Shown here piece by piece: positions 38,833 through 52,452 of a stretch of 64,000 nucleotides of DNA. Position numbers and translations under genes: made by a program. Under the pieces are notes generated by a model. It ran no database searches. It had not been told where the DNA came from and saw only the letters and a list, made by a program, of their open reading frames with translations. Origin of the DNA: Phoronis australis (taxonomy: Eukaryota > Animalia > Phoronida); NCBI GenBank assembly GCA_002633005.1, contig NMRA01000566.1, forward strand, positions 62,001-126,000, given 5' to 3'. Position 1 is the first letter of the stretch. Every line of letters starts with the position of its first letter.

Positions 38833-39079
38833 AAACATTAATGATCGTGGCTTAGCTGCGATTTTGAAGAAGCACTATTCGCTAATTCAGCCCCTTATAA
38901 TGCATCGAATTTAAAAATTCAAAGACAACAAATATTTATTTTTCAATTTTAAAAATAGTAATGTTGGTAGTTTGCCTTGCTTTTGACCGTGTAACATTTA
39001 TTCGCGACTTCACGAAGAATGGTGTGCAATTTGTTTGATAGGCTGAAGTTCAGCAGCGCGCGAAGAAAGTGTAGAAATA

Positions 39080-40170
39080 TCGACTGACGTTGTTCTGTGT
39101 TATTTTGACTCCAACAGAAACGCAAATGTATATGTTGATGCAAAATCATGCAAGCTCGTGTCAGGCCTAGGTGGAACATTGTCCCAAGATGGAAGAGTAC
39201 TTGCATATGAAACAATGATACCTGTCCCTTATGCCCACTGCGTTTTAGGAATAAGGGGCTGGTCTTTTTAATTATGGGAAACATCTTAAACAGAAGTATT
39301 CGTGGAACAATAAAAGAAGAGGTGAGCTGGGTACCTCCCAGTCTTACAACCAAGCTTTTAAGACTGGCCAGGATTCAACTGCAGATCACTGTGGTAAATG
39401 GAAGATATAATATGTCACTTAAACCTGCAGAAACATAAGAAAATAACAGGTCGATCAACAGAATCCAGGTGCCCGAAATGCTGGATGGAAGATGAAACAC
39501 CGAAACACCATATCAGCCGGTACATGTATATGTCACTGACCCGAAAGCATTCAGACTAAAAGAATGCTGAAAACTATCGTGGAGTTAACAAAAACATTAA
39601 AACACTTGCAGAAATGCCTCAAGCAGGCTAGTAGACTCGCTGAATATGAGCAGTGAAATAAAAGCACAGTGTCTGTTGCAATGGGACTGTAAAGACCTAA
39701 ATAACGTCTGGCCCCTTCGGTTTTGCGTACTTTAATTATTGTGCAAAATTCGCGCTCCCCCTCACCCCCGCCTTCCTACAAAATGTCCCGACAGCATAAA
39801 ACCTTGTTTGAGCAGATTTTCGAAGCAAGCACACTTGGTTGCAATACAATCAAAATGCAGAGACTGCTCAGTAGCATAGGTCCGTCGCAGTCTTGGGGAA
39901 TGACCAGTTCTGTTCCCCTACCCTCAAAATGGCCAACCACGGGGTGCAGGGAAACTAGAGACGGCCGACTGGAGGTAAAAGACGTACCCGATTTCCACAT
40001 TACGAGCCACCAGTTTCTATATTATGGTTTCGCACGCTGGTTGAGGCGGTGAATAAAATAACTGTGACCGAAAGACAAGTGTCGATGGATAGAATGACGA
40101 GTTACCGGAAGTATCTATGAGTTAGAAGGGATTACTTCAAGACCTTAAGTGACGGGGATGTTGACACTGA
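39080..40170 (+). mobile_element. Heavily decayed Ty3/gypsy fragment (RNase H recognisable)
   Basis: DVVLCYFDSNRNANVYVDA...GLGGTLSQDGRVLAY at 39085-39210. The downstream extent is uncertain. Confidence 0.5.
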
Positions 40171-40593
40171 AGTCTGTATTGGGATGCTGTGACTTTTAAT
40201 GACCATTTTGATCGATCGAACTACACCTTTGAATACATGGCTCCCTTGATCACCAAGGGTCACTACGCAAGATGTCAACTGGTATTAGAAAAGTTAATTA
40301 ATCTTCATGTCGGAATCGGAACTAAACGAGTTGATTTCCGACAATATCTTAATGGACATGGAACACAGTTAAATTAAAATAATTTAATTGCCCGTCAGTG
40401 CCGCAACTATATGCATTTGTCAAATCTCAGATGACGACTCGCTTCGATTTATGAGCACACGTTAATGTTTTAATTAATGAGCAAAAACAAAGCAAATGCT
40501 CTGTTAAAGAGACATTATCGGTTTTAAGGCACAAAACGCATTATAGTTGGGTGTTTATTGTGGATTAGCATTTTGAAGTTATTTATTTGTTAA

Positions 40594-40936
40594 AAGGATA
40601 CCAAACCCGGTTTTGGCCTATAAACAGATTACTAAAACGACTTCCTCGTCCAGTTCTCCAAAACGACATAATGCTGTGACCATCGACAACCATAAAAAGA
40701 TACGAGAAAAATTTGAAAACTCCTGCCAAAATCTGCTGTAACTGGGAAGCGTGACCTATACTTTAGCGAATTCTTGTAAGCGTCAACCGTGGGAAAAGAC
40801 CACCCATAATGCCCAATTGACGAAATAGGGGATATGAGTTTTTAGCTGATTCCTGCTTTTATCTTTGAAGATTGGCGCCAATGATGCATTAACATGAGAC
40901 AGAAGGAGGCCTGGTTAAGTTCATCAAAACGGGGTT
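40594..40936. mobile_element. TTAA-flanked MITE, copy 2 (same family as 24627)
   Basis: Begins TTAA|AAGGATACCAAACCCGGTTTTGGCCTAT and stays colinear with copy 1 to CATCAAAACGGGGT. The right end is degraded. Confidence 0.7.
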
Positions 40937-43358
40937 TACATGCAGCGTCGTTTTAAGCGATCTCACAACAGATTCTCACATTATCTGTGAAAGAAGCCGA
41001 CCTTGTAACATTAAGTACCAAATGGGCGGTTTTACTGCATCTTTTTCACACACTTAAATGTACTGTATGTAACACGCTGAGTTTGCAAAATGGGGTCTAA
41101 ACCTTTACATGTAAGTCTTGCCATTTCTACAAATGCAATACATATAAATTCTAACTGCAGCTCCCACAAGTAAACGCCTCCACTGATCGCCGGTTAGTAG
41201 GCCTACTTAAGCAATATATTGGAGACGGGGTGACCAAGTCATATTCCGACAGATCACTCTATTACATCGTATGTGTGATTATAGTCTTTCCATGCTATCT
41301 CCATATCTTCCAATTTTTTATACCAACTTGATCCGCGAAAGGGGACTCTAAGGCAATCCTTTAAACGTTCCACGAACAAGCTTGTAAAACCGTGAACTGC
41401 ACAAACTTCAATACTGACCCGCTAGATAACTTTGGTTGTTGCGCGGTGTCAAGTACTTTGTTCAACCATTTCACAGCGTCGTTAAATGCTTGAACACATC
41501 ACACTGTGACGTGATGACATTATGGAAATTCCGCTGCAACGCATGCAACCGGGCCCTTTGCGAAAATTGCTCAGACTGTGAGTCGCCTTTGGCTACTCTT
41601 GATCTTAAAGCGGCATTGAACTCGTTCAGCAACTAAAAAACTTTCAGAAAATTATTGGACAACGTCGAAAATTGACATACATGTATCGACGCACAACGCC
41701 GCGACTAAATAACAATTTCATTTTGATTACTTCTCGCCGGATTCAATTCCGACTAAATCTCGCCAACGCTAAACGCACTTATGTCAACACCACACCAACC
41801 CACAAATACACTACTCTAGCTGCAGTTACGCCGCACTAAATTTCACCTTAACTCAACTTCGACACAGATGCCCTTTTATTACATGAAGTTCGACTGACTG
41901 ACAAATAACTCTGGCACGAGTTTCTATAAGGTTTGGGTAGAGTTCTGTCTAGTTCATGACCAAAATAATCATTGACTAGAATATTTCCAAGTGAATATAC
42001 CATTACCTTCAACACTCAGTTGTGCAACCATCAAAGTTTAGAGTCTGGCTGACCCCACAGTTCTCTAAACAAATCGTGTGAAAATGTACTGACTGTTCCT
42101 GTTACCACAGAAACAGTGATAATGATTGGGAAGTTGCAAGATTGAATTAAATACTTCGTTTGTTCAAACAGCGATATTTTTGCTATCCTATGCTACAATC
42201 TAACGTGAATTCATATATATCAACACATGGAACAAAACCTCGCACACTGATCAATTTATGAGATATGAAAATAAAAGAACCCAAAGGAACCAAACAAAGC
42301 GTTCTGCTCCAGTGACATCTTGGGCAGTGGGCATGGAAAACTTATCATCTGGATTATGACTACAGTTACTAATTGAGGTAAAAGCATGCTGTTAATGTTC
42401 ATCTGACTTAAAAAAAGGATTCATCATTGAAAGTTCGAGATTTTGGCTTGAGCTAATTTGCCCTGTCTTGGGTTGTACCAAAATCTGGTTACTAACAAGA
42501 AACAATAATTTATTTTACAAAAACTCAGCTTGCTGGTTCCAGGCAGTGACTACTTGAGAAAAAACAAATAACACCAGAACAAGTCATACAACGTTGACTA
42601 CCATGCCATGACTCTCACTGGCATTAAGGAAAACTTTATGTGCCCTATTTGACTGTTTAAGCACACTGTGTCCTTGAGAAGTCAAAAAAAAAACAAGACT
42701 GACAAAATAACCACAACATACTTGAAACATGCCAAATCCCTGGCCAATATCAATATTGACTATTGGGTACAGGCACTGGGTACTGCTAAAAGTAGGCTTT
42801 TTCATCATCTGGTATTGCCTCTGGTACCTATGGTCAAAGTAGCTCCCTAATGCCTTGGTGTGGATTTTGAATGCATGGTGACTGTACTCCCTAACAATAA
42901 AGTGGAAGACACCCTGAAAGCTTTTGACAGTCCCACACGACTATATTTGGTCGGCCATCACTGGTGCTATAGACTTCTGATAATTTAGTATGACCTCATA
43001 GTGACCCCTGCTTGTCAACACACAGCCACGTGAGCTCAAGAGGGTATGCTTGTTTATAGCAACCAAATATGGGAGTAGTCCTCCAAAACAGATAGGATAA
43101 AGTTTCACCAATTTGGGACACAATATGGCAGACCACAGAAATTCTATTTTGACTCTCACTTTCCCATAAAAGAGATGAAGTAGCAGATGAATGCTTTTCC
43201 ATGTTAAAGTACTGCACCATAGCTGCCATCAGAGAACATTTTGAAGAATTGCGGGCATGCCTGTAACAATGGTAGAGCTGGGTGAAAAATGACGAATAGC
43301 AATTTCGACAATGATTTTTGAACGCAACAAATGAGACTTCACAAAACTGCCAAATTCT

Positions 43359-43874
43359 TCACTCAATAAGACAGTTGTCAATGTGCTTATTGACATCGCT
43401 GTTCCTCGTTGCAGCGTCAAACTTCTTTCCACACACAGGACACGTCATCTTCATTTCCTTTACGCTCTCCTCCTTAGCTTTTTGCCGAGCAAAACTTGCA
43501 AACAGATTCGACTGTTTTTGCTTTTTCACAGCTGTCCTATCACAATGTTTCTCAAAAGGCCTCTTAAGTGAGGATGCACCACAACTAGATTGATCAGCTT
43601 CTTTCAACAATTTGTTGCCTTTTGCAGATAGGTTTTCCTTAAGACCTGTGACTTTATCACCACAAATTTTTTCTGACCCAACTTCATTATCAGTAGACTC
43701 GGGCAATTTTGTTGACGGTTTGAAAAAGCTTTTAATTGTCACAGGGGGTGTCAAAGCTTTTGCCAAGAACCTAGGACAGACTGGCGTCTCTGTCTCTACT
43801 ACTGACACCTTTTGGATGGATACATTTGATGGTTTCTGTACAGGTACGGTCACCACTCGTCCATCAGCAAACAT
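43359..43874 (-). CDS. sno: Strawberry-notch family protein, terminal exon (PIP-like motifs and UBZ4-type zinc finger)
   Basis: Acceptor ttctcAG|ATG in phase 0 matches the upstream donor. Contains VTIKSFF and KQSNLFASF and ends CPVCGKKFDAATRNSDVNKHIDNCLIE*. Linkage to sno is inferred from splice phase and position. Confidence 0.75.
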   Translation of the reverse strand: MFADGRVVTVPVQKPSNVSIQKVSVVETETPVCPRFLAKALTPPVTIKSFFKPSTKLPESTDNEVGSEKICGDKVTGLKENLSAKGNKLLKEADQSSCGASSLKRPFEKHCDRTAVKKQKQSNLFASFARQKAKEESVKEMKMTCPVCGKKFDAATRNSDVNKHIDNCLIE

Positions 43875-45388
43875 CTGAGAAACAAAATACAATGACACAA
43901 ATTACTGTAAATGTTATCTATTGGTAAATGAATAAAAAAGAGCTTGGAATTGATAAAAAGTAACGAGAGGTACATGTAATACTGACCCAACCATTCGAGC
44001 TCCCACTCTGGGTTTGACAGACTCTTTTTCTTTTTAACGTGTTATTATGGGTTGTTAGATGTATTTAAACAGTTACCACTGAAACAGAGTTATATTGATT
44101 GCAAAACTGACATTGCGCTAAATCACCAACAATGCACTGTACATGAATATTTTCCTCAGAGAGACAGCATAAATTCACATAATGAATTCATCAAGACTGA
44201 TAAAAATACATATATTCAGACAACCATGCCTGCAGGCATATATCATCTAGATTACGATATTCATTGGAGTAAATCAAATGACCGAATGGGATGCACACAC
44301 ACACACATACACATGTGTGTGTGTATACATATCTATGTATTTGGGTGGATGTATTCAAGTGCAAATACAACTGTCAAAATTTCATAAAAATTCTGCATAC
44401 CGGTATGTTAAAGATTCACCTTCAGTGCATTTTTGACCGCTTCAGAGCTTCAATAGTATGTACACATTTTCTTCAAATATGGGTGAGCATTGGGCTTGTC
44501 TTCCCAAAATATGAAGCCTGTTAATATTTCCAGTAATGTGTGCTAGTATACTGGTTGGACACTCAGCTGAGCTTGTTTGGACAATAGGACGAAATTTAAT
44601 ACATAGCTGTGTGACGCATTTCAAAGATTTAATTAGCACGAGTCATGACTTGTGTGCATGAAAGCAAAGTAATTAATGCACTAATTACAGTGTACGATGA
44701 CAACATGTCAGACAAGCTACAATTCTTTATACACCGTTGTAAATAACATCAGTCTTCAACATCTCAATGGAGATATTTTTCAAAGTAAGATGTAATAAAT
44801 TTCATTAGACATGACTCCTATGAGACAGCTAATTAGATTTTGATTAATTCAGTAATTCAAGCTGATTATAACAACATCCTTCCTATCTAGAACACAGATT
44901 TACTTGTTTCCAGGGAAGGGAGACTCTCTCAACAGGTGTGTCCCATGTGGAACTAAAAGGGGCTTGTGGTGTTTAAATTACAATTAAAACAGCTACTGAG
45001 GTATATACTAATTTTGAACAAAGGTTGTACTGGACTATGTATTTTGTTATTAAAGTAGTTGACAGCAGTAACTTTCAAAATCCAAATGATAGGATTGGGC
45101 AGTACTGCACTGGCTACTGAAAACATACTCAATGCCTCAAATAATACCTCACCTACCTGAACATACATTACTGTCCAATTTATTTTACAATGACGTGAAA
45201 AAACCTGAGTGAAATCAAACTCAAGTGCCGCCATGACATCTGTCACTGCCTTGTTCTGAAAGTCACCCAACGTGCAATCGCACCATTGATAAAAATGATC
45301 TAAAAACATTTTAATGAAGTTGATGAGAAATTTTAATTCATTTTCATTTATTGTGACATGAACATGATTATAAACAACCCAAATATAA

Positions 45389-45818
45389 TACCCCATCACA
45401 CCAGAAGCACGGTGCCACTGCAGTTTTTGGTCCAAACCGCTATCACCAGTAGTGTTCATACTTTTCCCCTACCCGTCACACGTGTTTTTCTTCGCGCCAC
45501 AGGATCACCGTATGTTCGCCAGTCTACGTTTTCGGCGACTGCACGGCGGTTGTACTGCCGAAGCACGGCAGTGATGGAGGTGCTACTGCGGTCCTTGTAC
45601 GGTGCCACGGCGGTCATGACGGTGTCGTGGCAATGCCACTGCCCGCGGTAGCACTGCGGTAGTTTTGAACATGATCAAAGTTTCCGCTATGCCACCGCGA
45701 AGGTCCACGGGGATCAATGGCGGAACCACTGCAGAACCATGGCGATCATAGCGGTGCCACTGCGGTTTATGCTGTACAAACACCGCAGTGGCACCGCACA
45801 TCCGGTGCGACGTGGGTA
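45389..45818. mobile_element. PIF/Harbinger-like GC-rich MITE
   Basis: TAA|TACCCCATCACACCAGAAGCACGGTGCCACTGC ... GCAGTGGCACCGCACATCCGGTGCGACGTGGGTA|TAA. Confidence 0.7.
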
Positions 45819-46008
45819 TAATACGTGAACTGCTGCTACATGGAACTCAGTTTACTGAAAAAATGTTGGCATGAAAGCATGGGTACAGGTCATTCAAATA
45901 CGGAAATGACACGAATGTTAACTTTGTGAAATGGTACTTATAGATTCGAGTTCAAAACTAAACTAAAACTAGACAGTCAGATAGCTGTATGAATGTCATT
46001 TTTATCTT

Positions 46009-47181
46009 AGAGAATAGGTTTGTCATTGGTCTCTAGAGGCATGTAGATGTAAAAACGTCACTTACTTAGAGACATGGTTGGTTGTTAGCAGACGTTTCGA
46101 CCTGGTCCGCCAGGTCTTTGTCGATGAATGAAGAGATTTCCCGCCTTTCGCTCATTAAGAATGCTGGAGTACACGGGGAGTAAGTGGAGACCTCTGTCCC
46201 GGTTCAAGAGGGTGCGCTGACTGTTGATGTTTATGGCCTCTTTGAGCTTACGAGTATGCCAATTTTGTTCCTTGGCTAGAATCCTGGATGACGCCAGAGA
46301 GATGGTATGCCCAGTTGCCAAAATGCGTTCTCCCACAGCTGTTGGTCTGTCTAGTTTCAGATGTTCTTTGAATCTGGTAACTAAGGAACGGTCTCTTGGT
46401 TTCGCCAATTTAGGTGTGGTTGGGATCCTGGTCACATTTCAGCTGGTATATGACCCCACATTGTTTCGCCATCGGGGTTGGGGCTTTGGGTCTGACTACT
46501 AGGGAACGGAGGGTGTTGAAGGGTTTCATGTAAGAGGAAATACTGTGGCTTCTGTAGGTGTGTTGTAGGCTTTCAGATATTCCTCTTATGTATGGGATGG
46601 CAACGGAGGGACCACCGAGTTTTTCAGTAGATTTACGACTAGGGGGGTCAGTAAACATCCATTCCTGGTATCCATTAGCTCGCAAAGCATCTTCAACGTG
46701 GTCTAAGAGGAATATCTGAACGACTACAACACACCTACAGAAGCCACGGAATTTCTTCTTACATGACACCCATCAACACCCTCCGTTCCCTACTAGTCAG
46801 ACCCACAGACCCAACCCCGATGGCCAAACAGTGTGGGGTCATATCCCAGCTGAAATGATCCCAACCACACCTACATTGGAGAAACCAAGAGACCGTTCCT
46901 TACCAGATTCAAAGAACATCTGAAACTAGACAGACCAACAGCTGTGGGGAAACACATTTTGGCAACTGGGCATACCAGCTCAAAGAGGCCACAAACATCA
47001 AAAGTCAGCGCCCCCTCTTGAACCGGGACAGAGGACTCCACTTTCCCCCAATGTACTCCAGCATTCTTAACGAGCGAAAGGCGGGAAATCCCTTATTCAT
47101 CGACAAAGACCTGGTGGACCAGGTCAAAACGACTGCTAACAACCAACCACATCTCTAAGTAAGCGACCGTTTTATATACTA
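46009..47181. mobile_element. Penelope-like retroelement 3' fragments (GIY-YIG endonuclease) arranged as an inverted pair
   Basis: The minus arm encodes ALRANGY..SVAIPYIRGISE..GVIYQLKC..TRFKEH..RKLKEAI..LNRDRG. The plus arm 46752-47180 is its reverse complement and includes YIGETKR. Flanked by a CATTTTTATCTT direct repeat at 45997 and 47182. Confidence 0.88.
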
Positions 47182-47769
47182 CATTTTTATCTTGTGTTGT
47201 ACTAAAGGTAGGATGATGTAAGAGCAATGATTACTCTTAACAAATTGTAGCTCAACGGTTATTCTCTCCTTAGTTTGCTTAATTTCAACAATTGCCAAAA
47301 TGGTAACTTTTCCATATTTCTAAGGCTGATTACCTTTTTGCAAATAACAGGAATTTGAGCAAATGTTGATTTTTGCCTGTAAGAGTAATTAATCGTTATT
47401 TTTGTAGAGAAAATTCTATTTTCTACCATATTTTGTACTCAACCGTAAAATCTATAAAACAGGAAACACGTTCCAAATTTTGTAAGTTTGGTTTAGTGAT
47501 AGTATTCAGTATCAGCATCGAACGAGTATCAGTATGGAATGGCCAGGGACCAATATCAGGATCAGGATCAATACCAATATTGCACTTGAATTTTCAAATG
47601 TTGATAACCATCCCTATTGGCCACCATAAAATCTCACCAAATTTGATCAGCAGATAGTTTCCACATGATTTCCACTAGATCAGCTGAAACAGGATTTAGT
47701 GTCCATTTACGTATCAGTTAGTCACCTACAACAGGGTTTAATGATCCTTTAAATCATCCCCAAGCTTAC

Positions 47770-47920
47770 CATCTGTTTCATTTCCACACTTTCCAGCACT
47801 TGTTGTTCCTGCAACGCCCGTTCCACGTGGGGCAGGAGTATCTCGGGGTAGCGGATACCCACCACTCGCTCGCCACTATCAAGCACAGCTCGGACAACGC
47901 GGATATTACACTCGTGTTTA
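47770..47920 (-). CDS. sno: Strawberry-notch family protein, exon
   Basis: ttttccAG| ... |GTAAGC, phases 2/0. Peptide KHECNIRVVRAVLDSGERVVGIRYPEILLPHVERAL resembles the SBNO 'IVRxxTxDGxRIVG' motif. Confidence 0.85.
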
Positions 47921-49413
47921 CTGGAAAATCAAAATTTTAGAAAATATTAAATTATACAGTCATTAAGACCACATAGCAAGCTCCCTTTTCAAGGACTGTT
48001 ATTGCATGCAACAACTGTCTGTTAACGTCTTTGTAAATATCAGGGACCGAAATCTAATTTCTGGACCCAGTTTGACAAGCTTCAACTATAGTTTTCTCCA
48101 TTTTCCGTTCTTTGTAATTAGGAATTAGGAGCTCAAAGAAAAGTTTCTTTGCATTTTGTGCTTGTGAGTACATTATTTACGATATGTGTTGACAGATGAG
48201 CATTTAGTAGACGTTCCCACTTGATTAATGCCACAAATTTGTGTGAACTCGAGTAGAAAGCTCAAATCGAGCAGTCATCAAGCATGTACAACATATACTC
48301 TGTCATAATAAATCACTGAATGTACTTGCACTAACACAACAGAAAATATCAAAACGGAGTACAGCTCAAGTTCAGATGTTGGATTTTGTACCCAAGAAGC
48401 ATCAGGATTTATCAAGGGACAGTAATTATCCCAACGAAACACATGGACAGACTTTGACAGAGCTATGCCAAATTTTGATTAACACTATGCCACATTTACT
48501 TGGCAGAATGGCAGTTGAGATGAACTTTTGTCACAATAAAATAGCATATTTGTTGAACATATGTTGAAGCTTAATACCACACTATTGCCCCAGCTGTGCG
48601 ACAGATCTTGCAAATGATTACATGATGGGCCAGCACCAGTCAGAATTTTGTAGAGATTTAGCAAGAATTGAAATGCATTCTAGTCGAAAATAAATGGATA
48701 ACATTTAGTAGAAGCTTTACGCACCAAATCTTTATGAATTTGACATTGTCCTTCACAGAGTAATAGTTTTAAATTATTGCAGGAGCACATCAAAGAACAT
48801 TGGGAACAATGACTACTAGAAAATAACTGATAACTTCTCAGATAGTTACTTTCAGGTAGTCATTGCTTCTCAGTGAGAAACAAACAACAAGTGGTTGAAG
48901 CCATGGGTTTCTCACAGACAAAGTTGTAACACCAAACAAAATGAATACAGACTGACTAATCAAAAAATCTTGGAAATCTAGAAAACTGGTAACTACGACA
49001 ATGTGATGAAAATCCATACCTGAGACAATGCCACATTCATCGAGCCCCCCCCTCCCAAACCTTTGCCAGTTCCGTTATTTACCTACCCCTCGACAATACC
49101 ACCGTTACCACCCAGCCAAAGTACAGTAAGTGCATGTAGGTGCCTTCACCAACTAATTTTAAAAATTCTAAACAAGACGCCTACCCCCAACCCTTCATGG
49201 GAGACATTAACAAATTTGGGCTCTTGGCTGCACTTTCAGTCTCTTATAATTTTGGGCAGTGAAGACCCCTGAAGGACACCCATATGTTGCTTCAGTAAAT
49301 ATAATTATAAGTAAACTCTCACAAATTTTGTACAATAAAAGTATTTGCCAAAATATCTATCTTTTCATTTTTCAAGGTCTTCTTACATTGTTGAGGGTGC
49401 GCAGATATTTTAA

Positions 49414-51122
49414 AACAAGAGCAACGCAGAGCGTTGGAATGCGCCCACGAATGCATCGCAAATAGTGTGCTTTTAGGGTTATTTATTTGTATCATAAAAA
49501 TGGCCACTAGATGGCGCAAAAATGTAGAATCCATCCAAAAACGGGACCATGCCATATTTCATAAAATCTGTAAGGGATTTTCAGAGAAACAAAGGAAAAC
49601 AGAACAAAATGAAATTGCCACTTGTGGGCACAGCGTCCGCCTGACAGTCATCATCAGTTATCTTCACATAAATTCACTTTCTAATTTTAATAAAGATCCT
49701 GCAGTGTGTTTTGGAGACACAATTATGAGCAAAAAATAAACAAAACTACCACTAGGAGGTGCCACACTAAGTCAGTCGCCATCATCAAAACGTCCTCTTC
49801 ACACTGAAAACATATAGGCCAATTTTCAAAACCATCCCAGAATAATTTGGTTGATCGAGGAGCGGACGCCAAAAACAATATTTGAAAACAGCAAAAATGG
49901 CCACCAGGTGGTGCAAAATACCTCGATTCCATCCAGAAACAGAATGTTAGCGTCATCTCACCAATAGATGCCTATATACAAAATTTTATGAAAATCTGTT
50001 GAGGACCTTTGAAGATACAGATTGGTAAATTTAAAAAAATAAAATTGCCACTAGGGGGCACACCAAAAGTCAGATCTGTCCGAAAGTAGTCGTCGTCCGT
50101 TGTTAACATCATATAAATACACTTGCTAAATTAATTAAAGATCCTGCAAACGGTTTAGGAGATACAGCGATATGCGCAAAAAAACTGCCACTAGGAGGCG
50201 AACTCGTCCGAAAAACATTGTCAGCCATCCACTTCATAGTAAAAACATACATGCCAATTTTCACAATTATCCTGAAAGCAGTTTGGATGATAGACGAGTG
50301 GACGTCAACAAAATATACTCGAAAACAGCAAAAGTGGCCACTAGGTGGCGCAAACTAGGTGGAATCATCTGAAAACGATGAAATATCATCATCTCATTAA
50401 CAGATGCCTGTATCCCAAATTTTAAATACGTTGAGGACCTTTGAACATACAGAGGTAAACGTAAAAAAATGAATTGCCCCTACATGGCACACCAGCAGTC
50501 AGATCCGTCCGAAAGTTGTAGTCGTCCATTGTAAACATCATATAAATACACTAACTAAATTTAGTAAAGATCCTTCGAACAGTTTAGAAGATACAGCCAT
50601 AGGTGCAAAAAAAAACTGCCACTAGGAGAGGCCACAGTAGTCAAAATTGTCGGAAAATCATCGTCAGACGTCCACTTCATAGTCAGAACATACGTGCCAA
50701 TTTTCAAAATCATCCTTTGAGAGGTTTGGTTGATAGAGGGGTGAACGCAAAAAAACACACTCGAAAACGGTAAAAATGGCCACTAAGTGGCGCAAACTAT
50801 GTTGAATCCATCCAAAAACGGAATGACAGCATCATCTCACTAATAGATGCCAATATACCAAATTTTATGAAAACCCGTACATGACTTTTGAAGATACAAA
50901 GGTAAACGTAAAAGACTAAAATTGCCACTAGGGGGCACACCGGTAGTCAGATCCGTCCGAAAGTTCGCTCATGCCATCCCATCCACGGAAGGAACACATG
51001 TGCAAAATTTCATGAAGATACGTCAAGGTGTTTTAGAGATAGAGCAGCGGATGCCGGACACAAGACGTACGGACGGAGATGACGGCATAATGCATCCACA
51101 CATAAATATGTGGGCGCATAAA
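49414..51122 (+). mobile_element. HINE-like element, best-preserved copy, with a ~440-bp higher-order repeat
   Basis: Starts AACAAGAGCAACGC...ATGCGCCCAC, has equivalent motifs at 49901, 50338 and 50780, and ends ATGCATCCACAC-ATAAAT-ATGTGGGCGCAT. Confidence 0.8.
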
Positions 51123-51199
51123 AATTGTATCTTGGTAGACATCATACAAAAAACTTGAATACGGTAAAGCATTAATCTGATGAGCTCTGTATATCATGG

Positions 51200-52452
51200 G
51201 ACAAGAGTAATGCATTGAGTTGAAATGCATCCACGACTACAGTTAGTGTTTTTTAGTATCAAGAAAATGGCCAATAGATGGAACAGAATATGTATGTCAA
51301 ATTCATGTCAATTGGAAAGGCAGTGTCATTTTCATAATAGAAACTTATGTGCCAAATTCCATGAAAAAAACATGAAGGAGCTTTTGAAGACACAAAGGCA
51401 AAGGTAAAAATAAACTAGTCACTAGGTGGCATAGAGGTAGCTAAAGCCGTCCAAAAAGTGATGGGTACTTGGCAGTCACTGTCAAATCTATTTAGGAAAA
51501 CATCCTGCAAAGAAATCATGAGCTATAGCAACGTTTGCAAAAATACAAAATCACCAATAGGGGATGCCACTGGTGCCAGACCCATCTGAAAATCAATGTC
51601 AGCAATGGTCTTGTAATCAGGAACACACACAACATTTACGATTCATAAATGATCATTTGAGCAGTTTGGCAGACAAAGAGGCAAAAACGAACACGAAAAA
51701 ATACAAATGTCCACTAGGTGACACAGAATAAATCAAATAAATGCAAAAATGGAAAGACATAGTTGTCTCCTTTAAAGAAACCTATTTCCCAAATTTCTCA
51801 AAAAGAGACAGACAGGAAATATACAAAGTAACTAAAATTGCTAGTAGGGGTCACAGCTGTGATACGGTAGGTCTGAAACTTCAATTACCATCACCAGAAG
51901 AACATACAGTATCTGCCAATTTTCATAAAGATACTCCAAAGAGTTATGGAGATACAACCATGGATGCTAAAAAGAAATTGTCACTCAGGGCACAAGTTGA
52001 GAGTAGGTGAACTTGTTCGAAAATCAGTATCCATCACAGCCTAATCAGGAATATGTCAGCCAAATTTTCATAATGAACCTTTGAGCGCTTTTAGTTTCAC
52101 AGAGGCGAACGACAAAAGCATTCTCAAAACTTTTTAAAATTGCACTAGGTGGCACAGAATATGTCAACTCCATCTGAAAATGGTAAAGCTTTGCCAACCC
52201 TTTCCTAAGTGTCATGACAATCCATCAAGGATTTCCTAAGATACAGTGGCACGTGTCAAAAACTAAAATTGCCACTAGGGGCAAAGTAACAGTCGGATCT
52301 GTCCAAAACTTGTCGACCTCCGTCATCAGCTTCATAGGAACACATCTGCTAAATATCATTATGCTACTGCAAGAAGTTTTAAATTAGGAGATACAGTAAC
52401 AGGCACTGGACGCCCAGCAGAGATGACTACAGTATGCACTCGCATATAAATA
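51200..52452 (+). mobile_element. Older, more diverged HINE-like copy directly downstream
   Basis: Starts ACAAGAGTAATGC...ATGCATCCAC, with CACTAGGTGG/GCCACTAGGGGG cores near 51420, 51711, 52143 and 52271. Confidence 0.7.

Noticed and set aside
43359-43898. UBZ exon as the end of DNA polymerase kappa, RAD18 or SPRTN
   Set aside because: No exons of those genes were found, and the upstream in-phase exons are clearly Strawberry-notch family.
49414-51122. CRISPR-like array of recurring motifs
   Set aside because: The context is eukaryotic, the inter-motif sequences are themselves homologous repeats rather than unique spacers, and there are no cas genes.
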